64,000 nucleotides of DNA from Podarcis filfolensis. Lineage: Eukaryota. A program made the translations under genes and the position numbers. The stretch lies in the NCBI GenBank assembly GCA_964270895.1, contig OZ185440.1. One strand, given 5' to 3'. The notes under the pieces are model-generated. The model was not told the DNA's origin and searched no databases. It was given only the letters and a program-made list of their open reading frames with translations. This document shows, piece after piece, positions 36,141-48,785 of this stretch (the first letter of the stretch is position 1; the number at the start of each line of letters is the position of its first letter).

Positions 36141-36243
36141 GAGTGCTGTAGAAGCTGATACTGGAAAAGAACAATGCAACAGTTTCAAGCACTTCTCGTC
36201 ATCGGAAGGTGTTTCATCTGTCACAGGGAGCAAACTATCTCAG
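36141..36243 (+). CDS. MAGI3: MAGI3 exon: divergent linker (R)SAVEADTGKEQCNSFKHFSSSEGVSSVTGSKLSQ
   Basis: tttcag|g acceptor, cag|gtataa donor, 103 nt, phase 2 to 0 as the neighbours require; resembles human SALEGEIGKD..SVVGSRHNQ. Confidence 0.85.
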
Positions 36244-36399
36244 GTATAAACTCTTCTCTGGACAACAGCTCTGTTAAACTGGTGTCTATTGTTTGAGGCC
36301 GAAACTTCCCATAGCAAATATAGGGATAGGTAAGACTTTGTGTCACAGTCACTGCAGTGGATATTCTACAAACGCTATAAAAGCAGCAACATTCATGAA

Positions 36400-36637
36400 A
36401 CTCCTTGATTTGAACTCCAAGGACTGGTTCAAATCTAACAAGAACTTTTTGGCAGAAGTGTTCAACAGTGGAACAGACTCCCTTGGTAGATTGTGAACTC
36501 TCCTTCCTTGGAGGTTCTTAAGCAGAGGTTGGATGGTCATCTGTCATGGATGCTTTAGTTGAGATTCCTACATTGCAAGGGGTTGGACTAGATTAACCTC
36601 AGGGTCCCTTCCAACTCTACGATTCTGTTATTCTATG
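36400..36637 (+). mobile_element. CR1 LINE 3' end
   Basis: cagtggaacagactccct..gtgaactctccttccttggaggtt..aagcagaggttggatggtcatct..ggttggactaga..cccttccaactctacgattct. Confidence 0.85.
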
Positions 36638-38498
36638 TTACCATCACTTCTGACTTTATAAATGTCAAGTGCTTCATGTACTGTATTGGAGCTTAGAAAT
36701 TAAAGAGGCAGCAGCCACATTTTGTGCAGAACATAATTCCACATAGTTGATTGGAATATTTAAAGTGCAGGAACTCCATTGGTGGTTTTGAGGGTGGAGA
36801 TGGGCCAATTTGGAAGCAGACCCCATAGAATGTATTGTTCTGAATTCAGGAGCCACCTGGTGGCTGCCATGTGCAATGCTTGTAGCAGTGCAATACACTG
36901 ACGGTACCAGAGGTCACCAATCTTCGTAGGTTTCTGGGCACATTTGGAAACCTGACAAACTGCCATGGGCACCATAAACACATATGAACAGCCACCCTGC
37001 AGCTGTGCATCCCACAACTATGCATGACCACATTTAACAAAATGTAGTGTTTAAAAATAAACCACAACTTGCAGAAGAATTCCTCTAGCATTACAGTAAA
37101 GCTCAGGTGCTTCATAAGACAATACAGGACTAGGACAATATGGGACGTGTTTGCTGGTCCTAGGCACTCCATCCTCCACATCAGGATTTGGGCCTGAAAA
37201 AAACAAGCAAAAGTGTGGGTGCATGGGTGGTAAGTTGTAATAAAGCACAATTTGTGACATTGCACAGCATCATTTATGTTAAACTGTCAACTTTAGCTTT
37301 TCGTTTCTCAGCTTTGTAGAGCTTGAGCCAACAAGAGACGGTCTGAACTCTGGTCTTAAACTAGCAGGGTTTTCTAAATCATTTAATCTTCAGGTGACTA
37401 GAATCAATATGAAGTGGGAAATTGGGATATTACTGGAAGATCTAGTCTGTTTAAGGATGGAGTGCTATGCTTTACATAAAGCTTGCTGGGTTACATCTGT
37501 GGTAGAAGCCTTGGCTACTTTTGATAAAGAACTTAAAATGTCACTGCAACTTCAGTTTATCCCTAACTGGTTAAGCTAGAATAGTTGTATTTCCAATGAC
37601 TCATAATAATTTTCTCACTAAATCCTCATACTTCTAAAAGTAACAGAAAGGGGGGGAGGCATAGCTATTACAGTTGTGCAGAGTTTCTGGCCTAGACTTC
37701 GGTGCTAAAGAAATGGGAAATGGGAAAGAGCATCCTTTTTTGGAAGAACTTATGTTGGCCTTGTAAGTTTTAAAGTAAATAGAGTCTACATGTAGAATTA
37801 GTTGAGGAATTACTAAATCTGCACCAGAGGATTAGGAGAACCCTAGAATATACGTAGGGGATATGGGGTGAGGAGAGGGAAAGAACGTTCCATTGCACAA
37901 GCAGAAATCCTTGTGCTGACAGACTGTTCACTTAGCACTTCATTGGATTCCACCCAATATGACTAAATAAGCATTGAACTATATTGCATATCCCTGTCAT
38001 TGGCTATTGCTGGCACAAATATATGCATGCATATCAGCTAATATACAGGGCAAAACACTTTTAAATGCTACATCTGCAGCATGGAGACCAAAGTGGGGTA
38101 AGCACTTTGCAGCAGCCCCTATATGGGGGCTTGGCTCTCAGTCAAAATAAAAATCAGGATGATCTTTAGGAAAGCCACTTTTCATTTGCAATCTTACGTT
38201 AAGATCTGCCTGAGTCAACTTTTTCTCCCTGAGCTTGTGCTTGAGAGATCAGGATCTGTCTTAGGCTCACTTTCTTCCCCAGTTTCTTCACTGTATGGAG
38301 ACCCCAAATTCATGATCTCACTGAGTGAAGAAATTTAAGCTTGTGCCTGAGCTCTTCCTGGGTGCATTGCTGAAGGGGGGGCGGTGTACGTTGCCTGATA
38401 TGTGAACTTCATTTCTGCTTAGATCATCCTTTGAATTTAAGAAATTGAAGCTTTCTCTAACAATATAGTAAGGAAGGTCTCTCTCCAATGTAATCTAA

Positions 38499-38675
<177 letters not shown>

Positions 38676-38766
38676 TAATAGGTGTTTTTTGGGGGGTGGG
38701 GGTGGGCTTAATCACCTAAGATTCTTAAAGACTAAATTGGCTGACCTTGCTTGGTGTTTCAGGCCC

Positions 38767-38811
<45 letters not shown>
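38767..38811. repeat. (TAT)15 microsatellite
   Basis: Direct reading. Confidence 0.95.
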
Positions 38812-38812
<1 letters not shown>

Positions 38813-39329
38813 CAGAGTAAGTATTGTCATTGCCACTCTCCCTTGTTTGCATCAACTCCCAAATAGTTACCAGAGTATTTGCTGGGACTCTTCAGCAAAG
38901 ATAGCCAATGTGGCAGTCTCCAGTTGTTGGCCAGGATGGCCAATAATTAGCGATGATAGTAATTGTAGTCCAACTGCATCTGGAGGCCACTGTGTTGTCT
39001 GTCCCTACTCTCAGGGTGTACTTGTTTTTTCCAAAAATATGCCATGGGCTTTATCTCAAGTAGTGTCCCTTCCTAGAGCCCCAAACTTGAATCACATATT
39101 CATGTTTCCCGCCTTCCTCCCCCCCCCTTTAATCTTGAATTTATACAGTTGCACCCAGACACTAATATACCTAATGGTGAATCAGTAGAAAAGGGAGACA
39201 TAACCTCTGTTATCGTGAAATAATAAGTAGCTTATGTTGGCAAATGCCAAAGTAGGTCTCAAAAGCATATGAGCAAATGCATGAATTAGTGACAAACAGA
39301 AGGGCAATGTTGACAGAGGTTGCTATATA

Positions 39330-39674
39330 CAGTGGTGCCTCGCAAGACGAAAATAATCCGTTCCGCGAGTCTCTTCGTCTAGCGGTTTTTTCGTCTTGCG
39401 AAGCAACCCTATTAGCGGCTTAGCGGATTAGCGCTTTTAGCGGCTTAGCGGCTATTAAAGGCTTAGCGGCTTAGCGGCTAAAAGGCTAGTAGCGGCTTAG
39501 CAGCTTAGAAAAAGGGGGGGGAGCGAAAAAAATCGCAAGACTCGCAAGACGTTTTCGTCTTGCAAAGCAAGCCCATAGGGAAATTCGTCTTGCGAAGCGC
39601 ATCAAAAAACGGAAAACCCTTTCGTCTAGCGGGTTTTTCGTCTTGCGAGGCATTCGTCTTGCGGGGCACCACTG
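39330..39674. mobile_element. Tigger-like MITE, 345 bp, with internal (TTAGCGGC)n array
   Basis: TA-flanked; TIRs cagtggtgcctcgcaagacgaa / ttcgtcttgcggggcaccactg. Confidence 0.92.
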
Positions 39675-41085
39675 TATTATTTTGGAGGATGAGCAGGTGA
39701 GTGAGCTCTTATATGACTTTGTCAGTGCTGCTTTTTCAGGAGTCTCAACCTCAACAGCCATGCCTTTCCTACTACCAAGCATCTGTCCCACTTAGCATAT
39801 TGGCATACTTTTTTTAACAAAGGGTGTGCATCAGGAGCCTCTGAAAGTAGCTCCAGGGCATTGGAACTCCAGCACACTATTCATTGGATCATACTCTCTT
39901 CTTTACACTTCTAAACAAATAAAATAAAACAAATACTTTCCATTTTATGTAAGCCCATCTGCCCAGGGTAACCTCATTGGTCACCTGGTAACACTGAGAA
40001 AAATGAAGACTTTGTTTACTGTTCTTCCCTGCTGGTTGCAGTTTTGAACAGACTCTTTCTCAAGACACTACAGTGTTCACTGAGATGTATGCTATAAACG
40101 AATTTAATGATGTAAATTTTATTACTGCAGTATACCACTTTTCATTTTAGAATCAATTTGCAAACCATAAAATTATATCTGCAAGGATGTTTCTAGTGGC
40201 CCACGGTATATTTTGTTTATAGGAACCTAGATGCAGCTGTGCTGCTTGTGGTATATGGCTGTTAAGGCGTTGCTTCCACACTTTTTATTGCAGAAGTCTA
40301 AGGGAGTGATGAATTTGCCTGTAATTGGACAAAATACACATAAGCTAATCAAACTTGAAACCAGTTACAAATCGGAGCCTCAAGAGCTGTCCCCTGCTTT
40401 TTCCTGCCAATGTAGATCTTCTTTCCTAAATGAATGTTCTCACTGAAATGAGCTCTTTCTCCTTAAAAATATCTTTTCAACCACACAGTAAATATCTAGA
40501 GGGAGTTTTTCACAGCACTGTGAGTTGTTTCTATTTTTCAAGCAAGAAACTGCTCCAAACGACTAGAATGCAATGCTGCTTCCCCACCTTAAATGGAACC
40601 TGTTCCCTCCCCCTTTTACTCCCCGAGGTGTCAGGCTCCATCCAGCCCTGCATTGTGTGGAATGACTGCACCTTGTATATAACAGTGCCATCTGCTGGTC
40701 AGTTAACAACACTGCAATATGCACTTTGTAATTCTTGGGTTGCATTTCACACCTCAATGCCAACCCTTCCATCTCTCTCCGCCCCCAGTTCCACAGCTGG
40801 CCTTTAGCATTGTCCTTCAGCAGTCATATGTAGGTGCCAGCTCACAGAATGTAAAGCTGTTTTGAAGTTATCTAGAGTAGGTCAGTACCTGGAATTCCAG
40901 GTGATAATTGGGATGCTATTCATGGGTGGTGCTGTGAGTTCAGCAGATTTTATAACAGTATGAATATTGTTAGCCACTTTGAATTGAATATGCGACAAAA
41001 CAGGATTTGCTTAAGCAGGTTCTATGTATAAGGCAAGAATTTGAAGTGCCCTTTGTGTTTAATATGGATGCTTTTCTTTCCTCAG

Positions 41086-41224
41086 GTTGGGGACCAGATT
41101 GTTGAGATCAATGGGGAGCCAACCCAAGGAATCACCCATACCCGAGCCATTGAATTGATTCAGTCTGGAGGAAATAAAGTTCTCCTCCTTTTGCGACCAG
41201 GAACCGGCTTAATACCAGATCATG
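41086..41224 (+). CDS. MAGI3: MAGI3 exon: PDZ5 C-terminus ([46 protein letters not shown])
   Basis: cctcag|gtt acceptor, atg|gtaata donor, 139 nt, phase 0 to 1. Confidence 0.96.
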
Positions 41225-41535
41225 GTAATATGGTACTTCTGTCCTGTTTATGGATCTGATGAATGAGAGGGAGTGACTGTCTTAGCCTGTTCTGTATGTT
41301 GCAGATGCTGCTGTTCTTCAGTGTTAGAAGAGCATTAACTCTGCTATCTTCTCCAGAGACAAGGTCAAGCAGACTTACATCTATATCTGCTTTCATACCT
41401 GAAGGCAGATCAGAGTTTCATGAGAGCTTTGTTTGCCAGAGTCAGCTAGTTGCCTAGAAATAATCTTCCCCATTTCCCGCTCCTTCTGTGCTGACTGTAT
41501 GCTCTTTTTCTTCCTTGTCTTCCTGTATCACTTAG

Positions 41536-41618
41536 AGGAAAATGAGGTATATCCCCAAGGCCCAGGCATTGTTCTCCCTCCTCACCAACCCTCAGCAGTC
41601 CCCCAAGAGAAACAGTGA
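41536..41618 (+). CDS. MAGI3: Candidate unannotated alternative C-terminal exon, (E)ENEVYPQGPGIVLPPHQPSAVPQEKQ*
   Basis: Long polypyrimidine tract plus ttag acceptor; open for 27 codons in the phase-1 frame; possible donor gag|gtgata at 41668. No homology that I recognise. Confidence 0.3.
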
Positions 41619-42535
41619 TGTAGGTCCTTTGCCATCCACACCCACCAGTCCTTGAAGTCTTTGCAGAGGTGATACAGGCAGACACACAGAGAGAGGGAAT
41701 TGACTTGAATAATGTAGAGGCATTAAATTCCCCCAGTCAAAGGTAAATAATGTTCAAATGCACTAGAGCAAGGGTAGCCAATGTGGTGCCTTCCAGATGG
41801 TCTACAACTGCCAGCACCCCTTCAGTATAGCCCAGTAGTCAGGGATCGTGAAAGCTGTAGTCTTACAAGCTCTGGACTTTACCTGGTTAGGGAAGGCAGC
41901 ACTAGAGAAAAAGAAACATGTTGGGTACTATATTTGGAAGGACTGATAAAAGACACAGAAGTCTCAGCTCCCAGAGGATCTTGTGAGATCAGTCTATTTT
42001 CCCATGAGTGGACCCCTTTGTTTCATTACTTTACAGGAATTTGTGCCAAATAGTCTCTGAAAGCGACATCAATCAACAGGTTATATTGAGCTGTATTAGT
42101 CTGAAAGTAACTTTCCACAAGAGTGGAGCAGTTTGCAACAGACTTCGCCCCTTAACTGAATAACCCTAAGAAAATTGAGGTGATCCCTTTTGGGTGCAAA
42201 CATTCTAAACAGACATGGGAACTTGAGAAAGTGGCTAAGGGGGGAAGGGACACTTCAGCATCTTTCAGCACTTTCTCTCAAGGCACACATACAAGAGCAA
42301 CCACAGAGACCTGATGGTCTGTTTATTTAAGACAGTGTGACTACCAGGCTTCCTTGGTGGAGCGTACTCAAGCAGGTCTTGCAAACACAGGACAGTAAGG
42401 AATAGCGTGATTCTTTTTATTCTCACTATGCCAGCTCTTGCACTCTGCTTGTGAATCGTACATTTCTGATGAAGTCTTTTGCTGTGTGCTGTGATTTTGG
42501 TATATAGTCCTGGGCTTTTTCTCTTCCTCCCTCAG

Positions 42536-42585
42536 GTTTGGCTCCTTCCAGTTTGTGCTCCTACGTGAAACCTGAGCAGCATTAA
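42536..42585 (+). CDS. MAGI3: MAGI3 short-isoform exon, GLAPSSLCSYVKPEQH* (exon runs to donor at 42624)
   Basis: cctcag|gt acceptor after a pyrimidine tract, phase 1. Matches the human short-isoform end GLAPSGLCSYVKPEQH as recalled. Donor ttg|gtaaat. Confidence 0.9.
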
Positions 42586-43779
42586 AGCTTTCAGTGCTTT
42601 TCTTGGTCTTTCCTTAAAGACTTGGTAAATCTGCATGTCTTGTGATTGACCTCTTTTTATTTGCTTCAAACAGTAGTTTTTCGCTCTCCTTGTTTTCAGT
42701 TTTCTTTTGGCATGTATTGCTTAAGTGTAGTCTATCACTGATGCAGAAGAATAAGTTTTAGGAGTCCTGCATTTCACAAGTCTTACCAGCTAAATAAATC
42801 CCAAAGCCTTTCCATGTGTCAGCAGAGATCATTGTCCTTCCTAGCACATCCTCCAAATCAGTGATTTTTCCCAACTGTTCTATGTAACATGCATTATGGT
42901 GGTTACTCTCTCTTGAGAAAAACAGCAGAGGGCAGCATGAAAACACAAACAAACAAAAAGAGGTAAAGCCTCAAAACAGTGCAAAGGTATGTGGGGTACT
43001 CTAAAGAAAGATGTGAAATACTCAGCACATTTCAGTTTCAACTTTCCTTGGGGTCAAGGACTATAACTGGTTAAAGGCATCATGCTTTGTTGAAGTTCTC
43101 TACTCGTTTATAGTATTTGCCTCTGAGAAAGGCTGAAATCAAGCTGCATTGGACATTTTGTTTCTTTTATTAAAATTGTGTATTTTGTGATTTCATGGTT
43201 TTATTGTATACCACCATGAATTATTATTTTTTGAATTGGTGGCTTATGAATATTGTTATAAGCTACATTGAATTAAATGTGCCCTACATACTCAGCACGA
43301 TTTTGAAGATTTGTGTACCTTTCATTTATTCTCTCTCCAGCCCATTCTGCAAACCCCATGCATACACTTCCCTAGACCCTGTGGGAGAAATTCCTTCCCT
43401 GAAATGTAAAGGAATAATAAGACTCTTGTTTTAATTATCGTGCAGTGTTGTGGTTAACAGGAAAGTGAGTTAATGTAGATTGCAGTTTTTTGTTGTTGTA
43501 GTGGAAGAGTTGAGCATGCACAGAAATCAGGTTTGCAAAGCAGGGAAGGATGTGCACATATGGGGGATATGCAGCACTTGTTAAATACAGTTATTAGCAA
43601 AAGAATACATGACCTGCAGTCTGTAAAACCTAATTTGTTGTCTTGCCATATAGAGACATAAGTTGGTTTTTCATTGTATGAGTTGTTGTGTTTTTACATA
43701 GCTTAAAACTGGAAGGGCTTTAAATGTCAAGAACACATCCTTATTGCTTAGCGGCATATTTGTCCTTGTTCTTATGCAG

Positions 43780-44885
43780 GTGATCTGGATAGTTTGAATC
43801 CAACATCCTCAAGTGTAACACATGGTGAACAGACACCACTTCCCTCATCTTCACATTCTGCTTCCACATCTGAAGCATCTCATTTGCCAGGACCAGAAGA
43901 AGCTTTAGTGAAAGTCCAGACGCCTGAGAAACTGGAAGAACTGAAGAAAACTGTGCCTGAAAAGAAAAGCACTTTAATGGAAAACCACTTGGAGATTAAG
44001 AATGCAACTTCTGCACAAAAGAATGTGAACAAACGGGACCACCCCTCCAGTAAAGGTGATAAGGTGGTACACAGTACTGCACAGTTGGCAGTGGGCAATG
44101 CAACCAGCAGAGGCAGATCAGCCAGCCCAAAAAAGTTGAGCAATAGTACTTCCAAAGGCCATAATCAAGCACCATGCAACAGCCCTCGAATGGGTGAACC
44201 TAAAAAAACCACCAAGGGTTGCTTAGACCAGCCAGAAAGTCCCAAAAGACGCGAAAACAAGCACCCAGGAACCACTGAGTGTGCAGATATTGGGAAAGTC
44301 CCTGTCAAGGAAAAGAGAGGCAGATCTGCCAGTCCCCAGAAATATCCAAAGAAAGAAAGAAGCAGAGATAATCTGAGCACAGAGCAAAGATTAACAGAAT
44401 TTAAAAGTGGAACACCTGTTAGTGAAAAGCACACAACTGTGCTACCAATAGAAAAAGTGAAATTAGGAGGCATAAAAGAAGTCACAAAGCAAAACATATC
44501 TGGGAAGGATGAGAAATGCCCTTCAGAGACAGCACATTACAAGTCAGAGGAGCAGTCTCTTTCACTTTCTGAGGCTAGTCAACTTAGAAAGAAAACACTG
44601 GAAGATGAAAAAATCAAAAGCTCTAACCAATTAAAAATGGCAGGTCTTCCTGATGATTCAGTACTTTCTGGAGATAACAACACTAGGCTTGAAGCAGAAG
44701 AGCCTGTTGTCCTGAACAAATACAGAGACAATGACTTGGAGTCAGCTGATAAAACCAAAGAGGATGGAATTTTCAAAACTGAGAGCAGATCTCCTGTGAA
44801 GAAAGCTATAACTCCTGGACCTTGGAAGGTACCAAGTGCAAGCAGAGTCACAAAAGCAACAGGTGTGACTGACAAACGGGTTTGA
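43780..44885 (+). CDS. MAGI3: MAGI3 last coding exon of the long isoform (GDLDSLNP...PGPWKVPS...TDKRV*)
   Basis: atgcag|gt acceptor; 1106 nt open frame. All 14 exons sum to 1+3336 nt, so the frame is consistent. RGRSASPKK and ITPGPWKVPS motifs as in MAGI3/MAGI2. Confidence 0.96.
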
Positions 44886-47800
44886 CTGACAAACTTTTTT
44901 AGAACATATTTTAATCAGGTTTCTAATGTGGCCACTTAAAACAGTTTTTTCTTTTCACAAAACTGTCATTTTTTCAGACACTGTGATGAACAGAAAGTAC
45001 ATTTGATTGGAAGTTAAATTAGGCTGCATGAAGGACCTTTTGGATTGCATATATGAAACTCTTCAAAAGCTGCTGTCCTTTGGTCCCTTTGAAGGTGGTG
45101 TCCTGCTGCTCCTGATGTTGCACTGCTAAGGCTTTCTGATAGTATTGTGAGATAATGAACAAAATTATTTAATGCCTATTATCAGTGTAATCATGACTCA
45201 CTATTCTTGTTCTTGTGCCAAGTTATCTACTGTATCCTGTTGAATCTTCTGCATTTTCCACTGCCACAGAAAAGGGGGAAAAAAGTTTAAAAATGAGTAT
45301 TTACTCAAGCATGCTGCATGTTTACATAGGGAATATTTCTGAGTTCTCGCTGCTCAAGCAAGAAGTTAGATGTGCTTGGTTTTCTTGGCTCTCTGGAGTC
45401 AGGGAGCAAACATGCCCCAAATGCCTTTTTTCACAAAGCTCTCTTCCACCCTCCTCAAACCTGTCAATACCAGCATAATAACTTTAAACAGGACAGTGCC
45501 CCTTTATATGTGCTTTTTTGTCATTTGCTCTCTTCACTACCTTGTTTGAGTTGTCCATTCCAACTTTAAAATATGTGATACAAATTTAAATCTGAAAGCT
45601 GAGTAGTTTTAAAATCACAACAGTTCTCTTAATTTCAGCGTGATTATATTGAAGTAAGTGGCTTCAGGATTGCCACGAAATTATATCCTGATTATTATTT
45701 TTTAACAAGCACTTTTAACATTAGTTATTAAACATGCAGAGTGTGCATATGCTTTCAAGCTTACTGCCATGCTGTTTGTCAGCATCTCCCATCTGTTGTT
45801 TGTTTTTTTTGCTTAATGCTGTCTAAACACTTGAATATTTCCTGCCTTGGCTCAAAATTCAAGATCTTAAAACACAGCAGAGTAAACCGATCCACCAAAG
45901 TCAAATTCTCAAGAATTGTCCTTGCTTATCGCTATTACTAGAAGACCTCACTTTGTTTTCCTTTTTTTTTTTACGTACCTCTCTTACTTCTGTGTGAGTG
46001 TAAATATGATAGTGAGGAATGTTAACAGTGGAGCACATTTGCACCTCAGACGCATAGTTAATTGTGATGGGATTTCAGGAGATGGCAAGCTGCAAGAATG
46101 GAGACTTTGAATTTTACATCATTCTAGCAATGGATTTGGCAGCCTCTGAATAAGCTTTTGTGAGTTTGATCCATCTCAGCAAAGAGTTTGATCCCTTATG
46201 TTACCCTAAATCAAAGATTTCCACATTTTGTCAGGGAGCTTCCTCTTCCAGTAGGCTGTTTAATTGTAGTAGACTTCTTTCTTCCAGCTTTCAAGTCTTG
46301 TTCTCTAGTTTTATTTTTTTAACAAGACTTTTTCTGGTTCCACCCAGGCAACTCATATTTTATTCTTTCCCCTTTCTTCTCAAACTTACTTTCTTTCCTT
46401 CATCCATTAGTTTCCCTTCCAGTCCTTTTTTTACCTGTTCTGTTAGTTACAGTGTATAAGTGATGATTTCTCAAACACGCAGAATGTTTTGTAATGGAAC
46501 TTTCAATGCGTGTGTGTGTGTGTGTGTGTGTGTTCATTTTGGGAATGTCTTAATGCAATGTCTGGTTAATAAGTTCTGCAAGTTCTTTAGTGTTTTAAGC
46601 TTGTTTTGCTTTTTGCGCGGGAGTGTGTGTGTTTGAGATGGGACAAAACAAGTTCCTTCCAGCATAGCAGCATTTTGGCAAATGGATGTCTGCAAATTAA
46701 GGACACATTGTTAATATTGCCTTTTAAGAACTCTACTACTGCTAACATTCTTCTCCCTTCCTCTCCCCTCTATTTTGTGAAATCCCTATCTACTAAAGGG
46801 GGGGGATGCACAGTACTATTTTTCTTGCACAGTAATGTCCAAGCATTTTTTTAAGAAAATCTAATGGTGGCATTCCTGTTTTGCTGACATATTAACCCTT
46901 TCTTTTTATCAGTTGCACTCTACTTTAGGCAGTCTGGCAGTCAGTTTTACTGCTTTGTTGAACTGAATGAGACAAGCTTCTCCACTTCCTTTGCATGTGT
47001 AGTTCTTTGCATGTGCAGTAACTACTGTTACTGTGGCACTTCCCCTGAGCCAGTAGGAATAAGAGAAAAGTCATTCCCATTGCTGTTTGGAAATATTTAT
47101 ATGTATAGAGCCCATCTATCTGCTCAAGGTTTTACCATTTCTGTTCGATTTTCACTTTTGCATGATACTGCTCAGCCTTATTCTGGAGAACAGCTGAAGT
47201 TGGCATTGTGCTGTAGTAACTACAGGCTTGCCACTGAGGGCTTTAGCAATGTCACTTTCAGAAGATTATTGCTTTGCATTCAACTTGATTGCTGACATAC
47301 CCTTTTCACCTAGCCCTGCTGGGTCAGAATGCTTTGAGTGTGATGGGGAATAGATTGGTGAAGATATCTAGGATAGTGGTAATCCTGTGAACTCTTGAAA
47401 TGGACTTTGATTGCTGAAGAATGAAATTCCTTAGATGCTGTCTGTGTGAGATATGATTTCACTGAAGCCTGGAATACTACTTCAAGAGGTGTACTTGCTT
47501 GGTGCTATTGTTACTGGTTTTGTATGACTATCCCTGTGTGGTTGCTGTGCTTATCCTGCTAGCTTGATCAGAAGCAACTGACATAAGTGACATCCAATTG
47601 CCCATTTAAAAGCACTAGGTCTCTAGAAAGCTGTTGATTAGCCCTTTCCTCACCACCACCTCTCAAGCTGACCATTGCAATGACAGTGAAAATGCTTGAG
47701 AAGGAAAAGTTGAAAGCATAAACGTACCTGTAATCAGAGCCTCAAAAGGATGCCTGATGGCATTGGTCAGAATGGGAAATTGAATGGTGCAAGGTTGTCT

Positions 47801-48785
47801 ATTGTGCAATAGTCCTGCACTTTCATGATGGATTTGCTCATGTGGCACCCAGAAACATATACTGGTGTGATGATGCACATTTAAGTTACGTTAAAACATC
47901 TGTTCACCTTTTTAAAAATTTGTGCAAGGTGTATGTATGTTGGCTGTGAATTTACAGTATCTTACAGTTCCACATGGGTTTGTGCTTTTTATTTTTAAAT
48001 GGTGTTTTCCCATCCCAACAATATCTGTGTTGCTTATTAATTTCCCTGAGTTTTTAAAAGTTTAATGTGGCTCAAATGAATTCCTGTTTTGAACAGGAGG
48101 TTTTTAAAAGCCCTATATTCTTTGGACTTGGTTTTCCTAAGCATTTCTGTGGTGTGATGCTACCAAGACAAACCAGTTCTTGAGGAAATTGTTTTTTAAA
48201 AGACAGCTGGTTAAACTCTTAATATTAAGAAAATTGTTTTTTGAAGTGTCTTTTGTTCTCTCATTTAAGAACTCAAGTTGCTGTAGGACGTATGTGCAAA
48301 TATTGTAGAAAATTACTGTGAAAATATTTAATACTTGAGTTAGCCTATGTAGTTTAAATACCTTGACAAACATCATGAAACATCCCTTCAAGATTCTCTT
48401 ATACTCTGTCACAGAATAGCGTTGAATGAAAACTGCAGAAATATCAAGATGACTTAGTAAAACTAAAATGGTTCCCCCCTCCATTATTCAGTAAGTAATC
48501 ATTATCCATATGCAATTTAACCTTTAATGGCGTGACCTAATTTGTTGTCCTCTGTTTGATGTGAGCCCTTCTACCCAGAGACTTTGTATCTGTACTTAAC
48601 TGCATAAAATGACTTTAGCAATGTGGCCTTGGAATGTTGAGAAACCTATGGTTGTACTGGATGTAAATGTTTATATATTGTACAGCACCTTTATATATAC
48701 TTCTAAGGTTCTGATTAGAAAGAGACCTGTAAATCGCTCATTATTTTTTATATAGATACATTAAAAAGAGACTCTAGTTCATGGC
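44886..48785 (+). other. MAGI3: Putative MAGI3 3'UTR; ATTAAA at 45727 and 48760, first AATAAA at 49392
   Basis: AU-rich, no TEs that I recognise; TGTA-rich block at 48585-48735 just before ATTAAA 48760-48765. The end point is inferred. Confidence 0.55.
46510..46533. repeat. (GT)12 microsatellite in the MAGI3 3'UTR
   Basis: Direct reading. Confidence 0.95.

Noticed and set aside
39411-39506. Interstitial telomeric repeat
   Set aside because: The unit is TTAGCGGC, not TTAGGG, and it lies inside a MITE.
41308-41366. Another alternative exon (ttgcag|ATGCTG..., DAAVLQC*)
   Set aside because: Only 83 nt from the upstream donor, with a short pyrimidine tract, a weak donor (gtcaag) and no other support.
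44868-44885. C-terminal ..TDKRV as a PDZ-binding motif
   Set aside because: The -2 residue is Lys, which fits none of class I, II or III.
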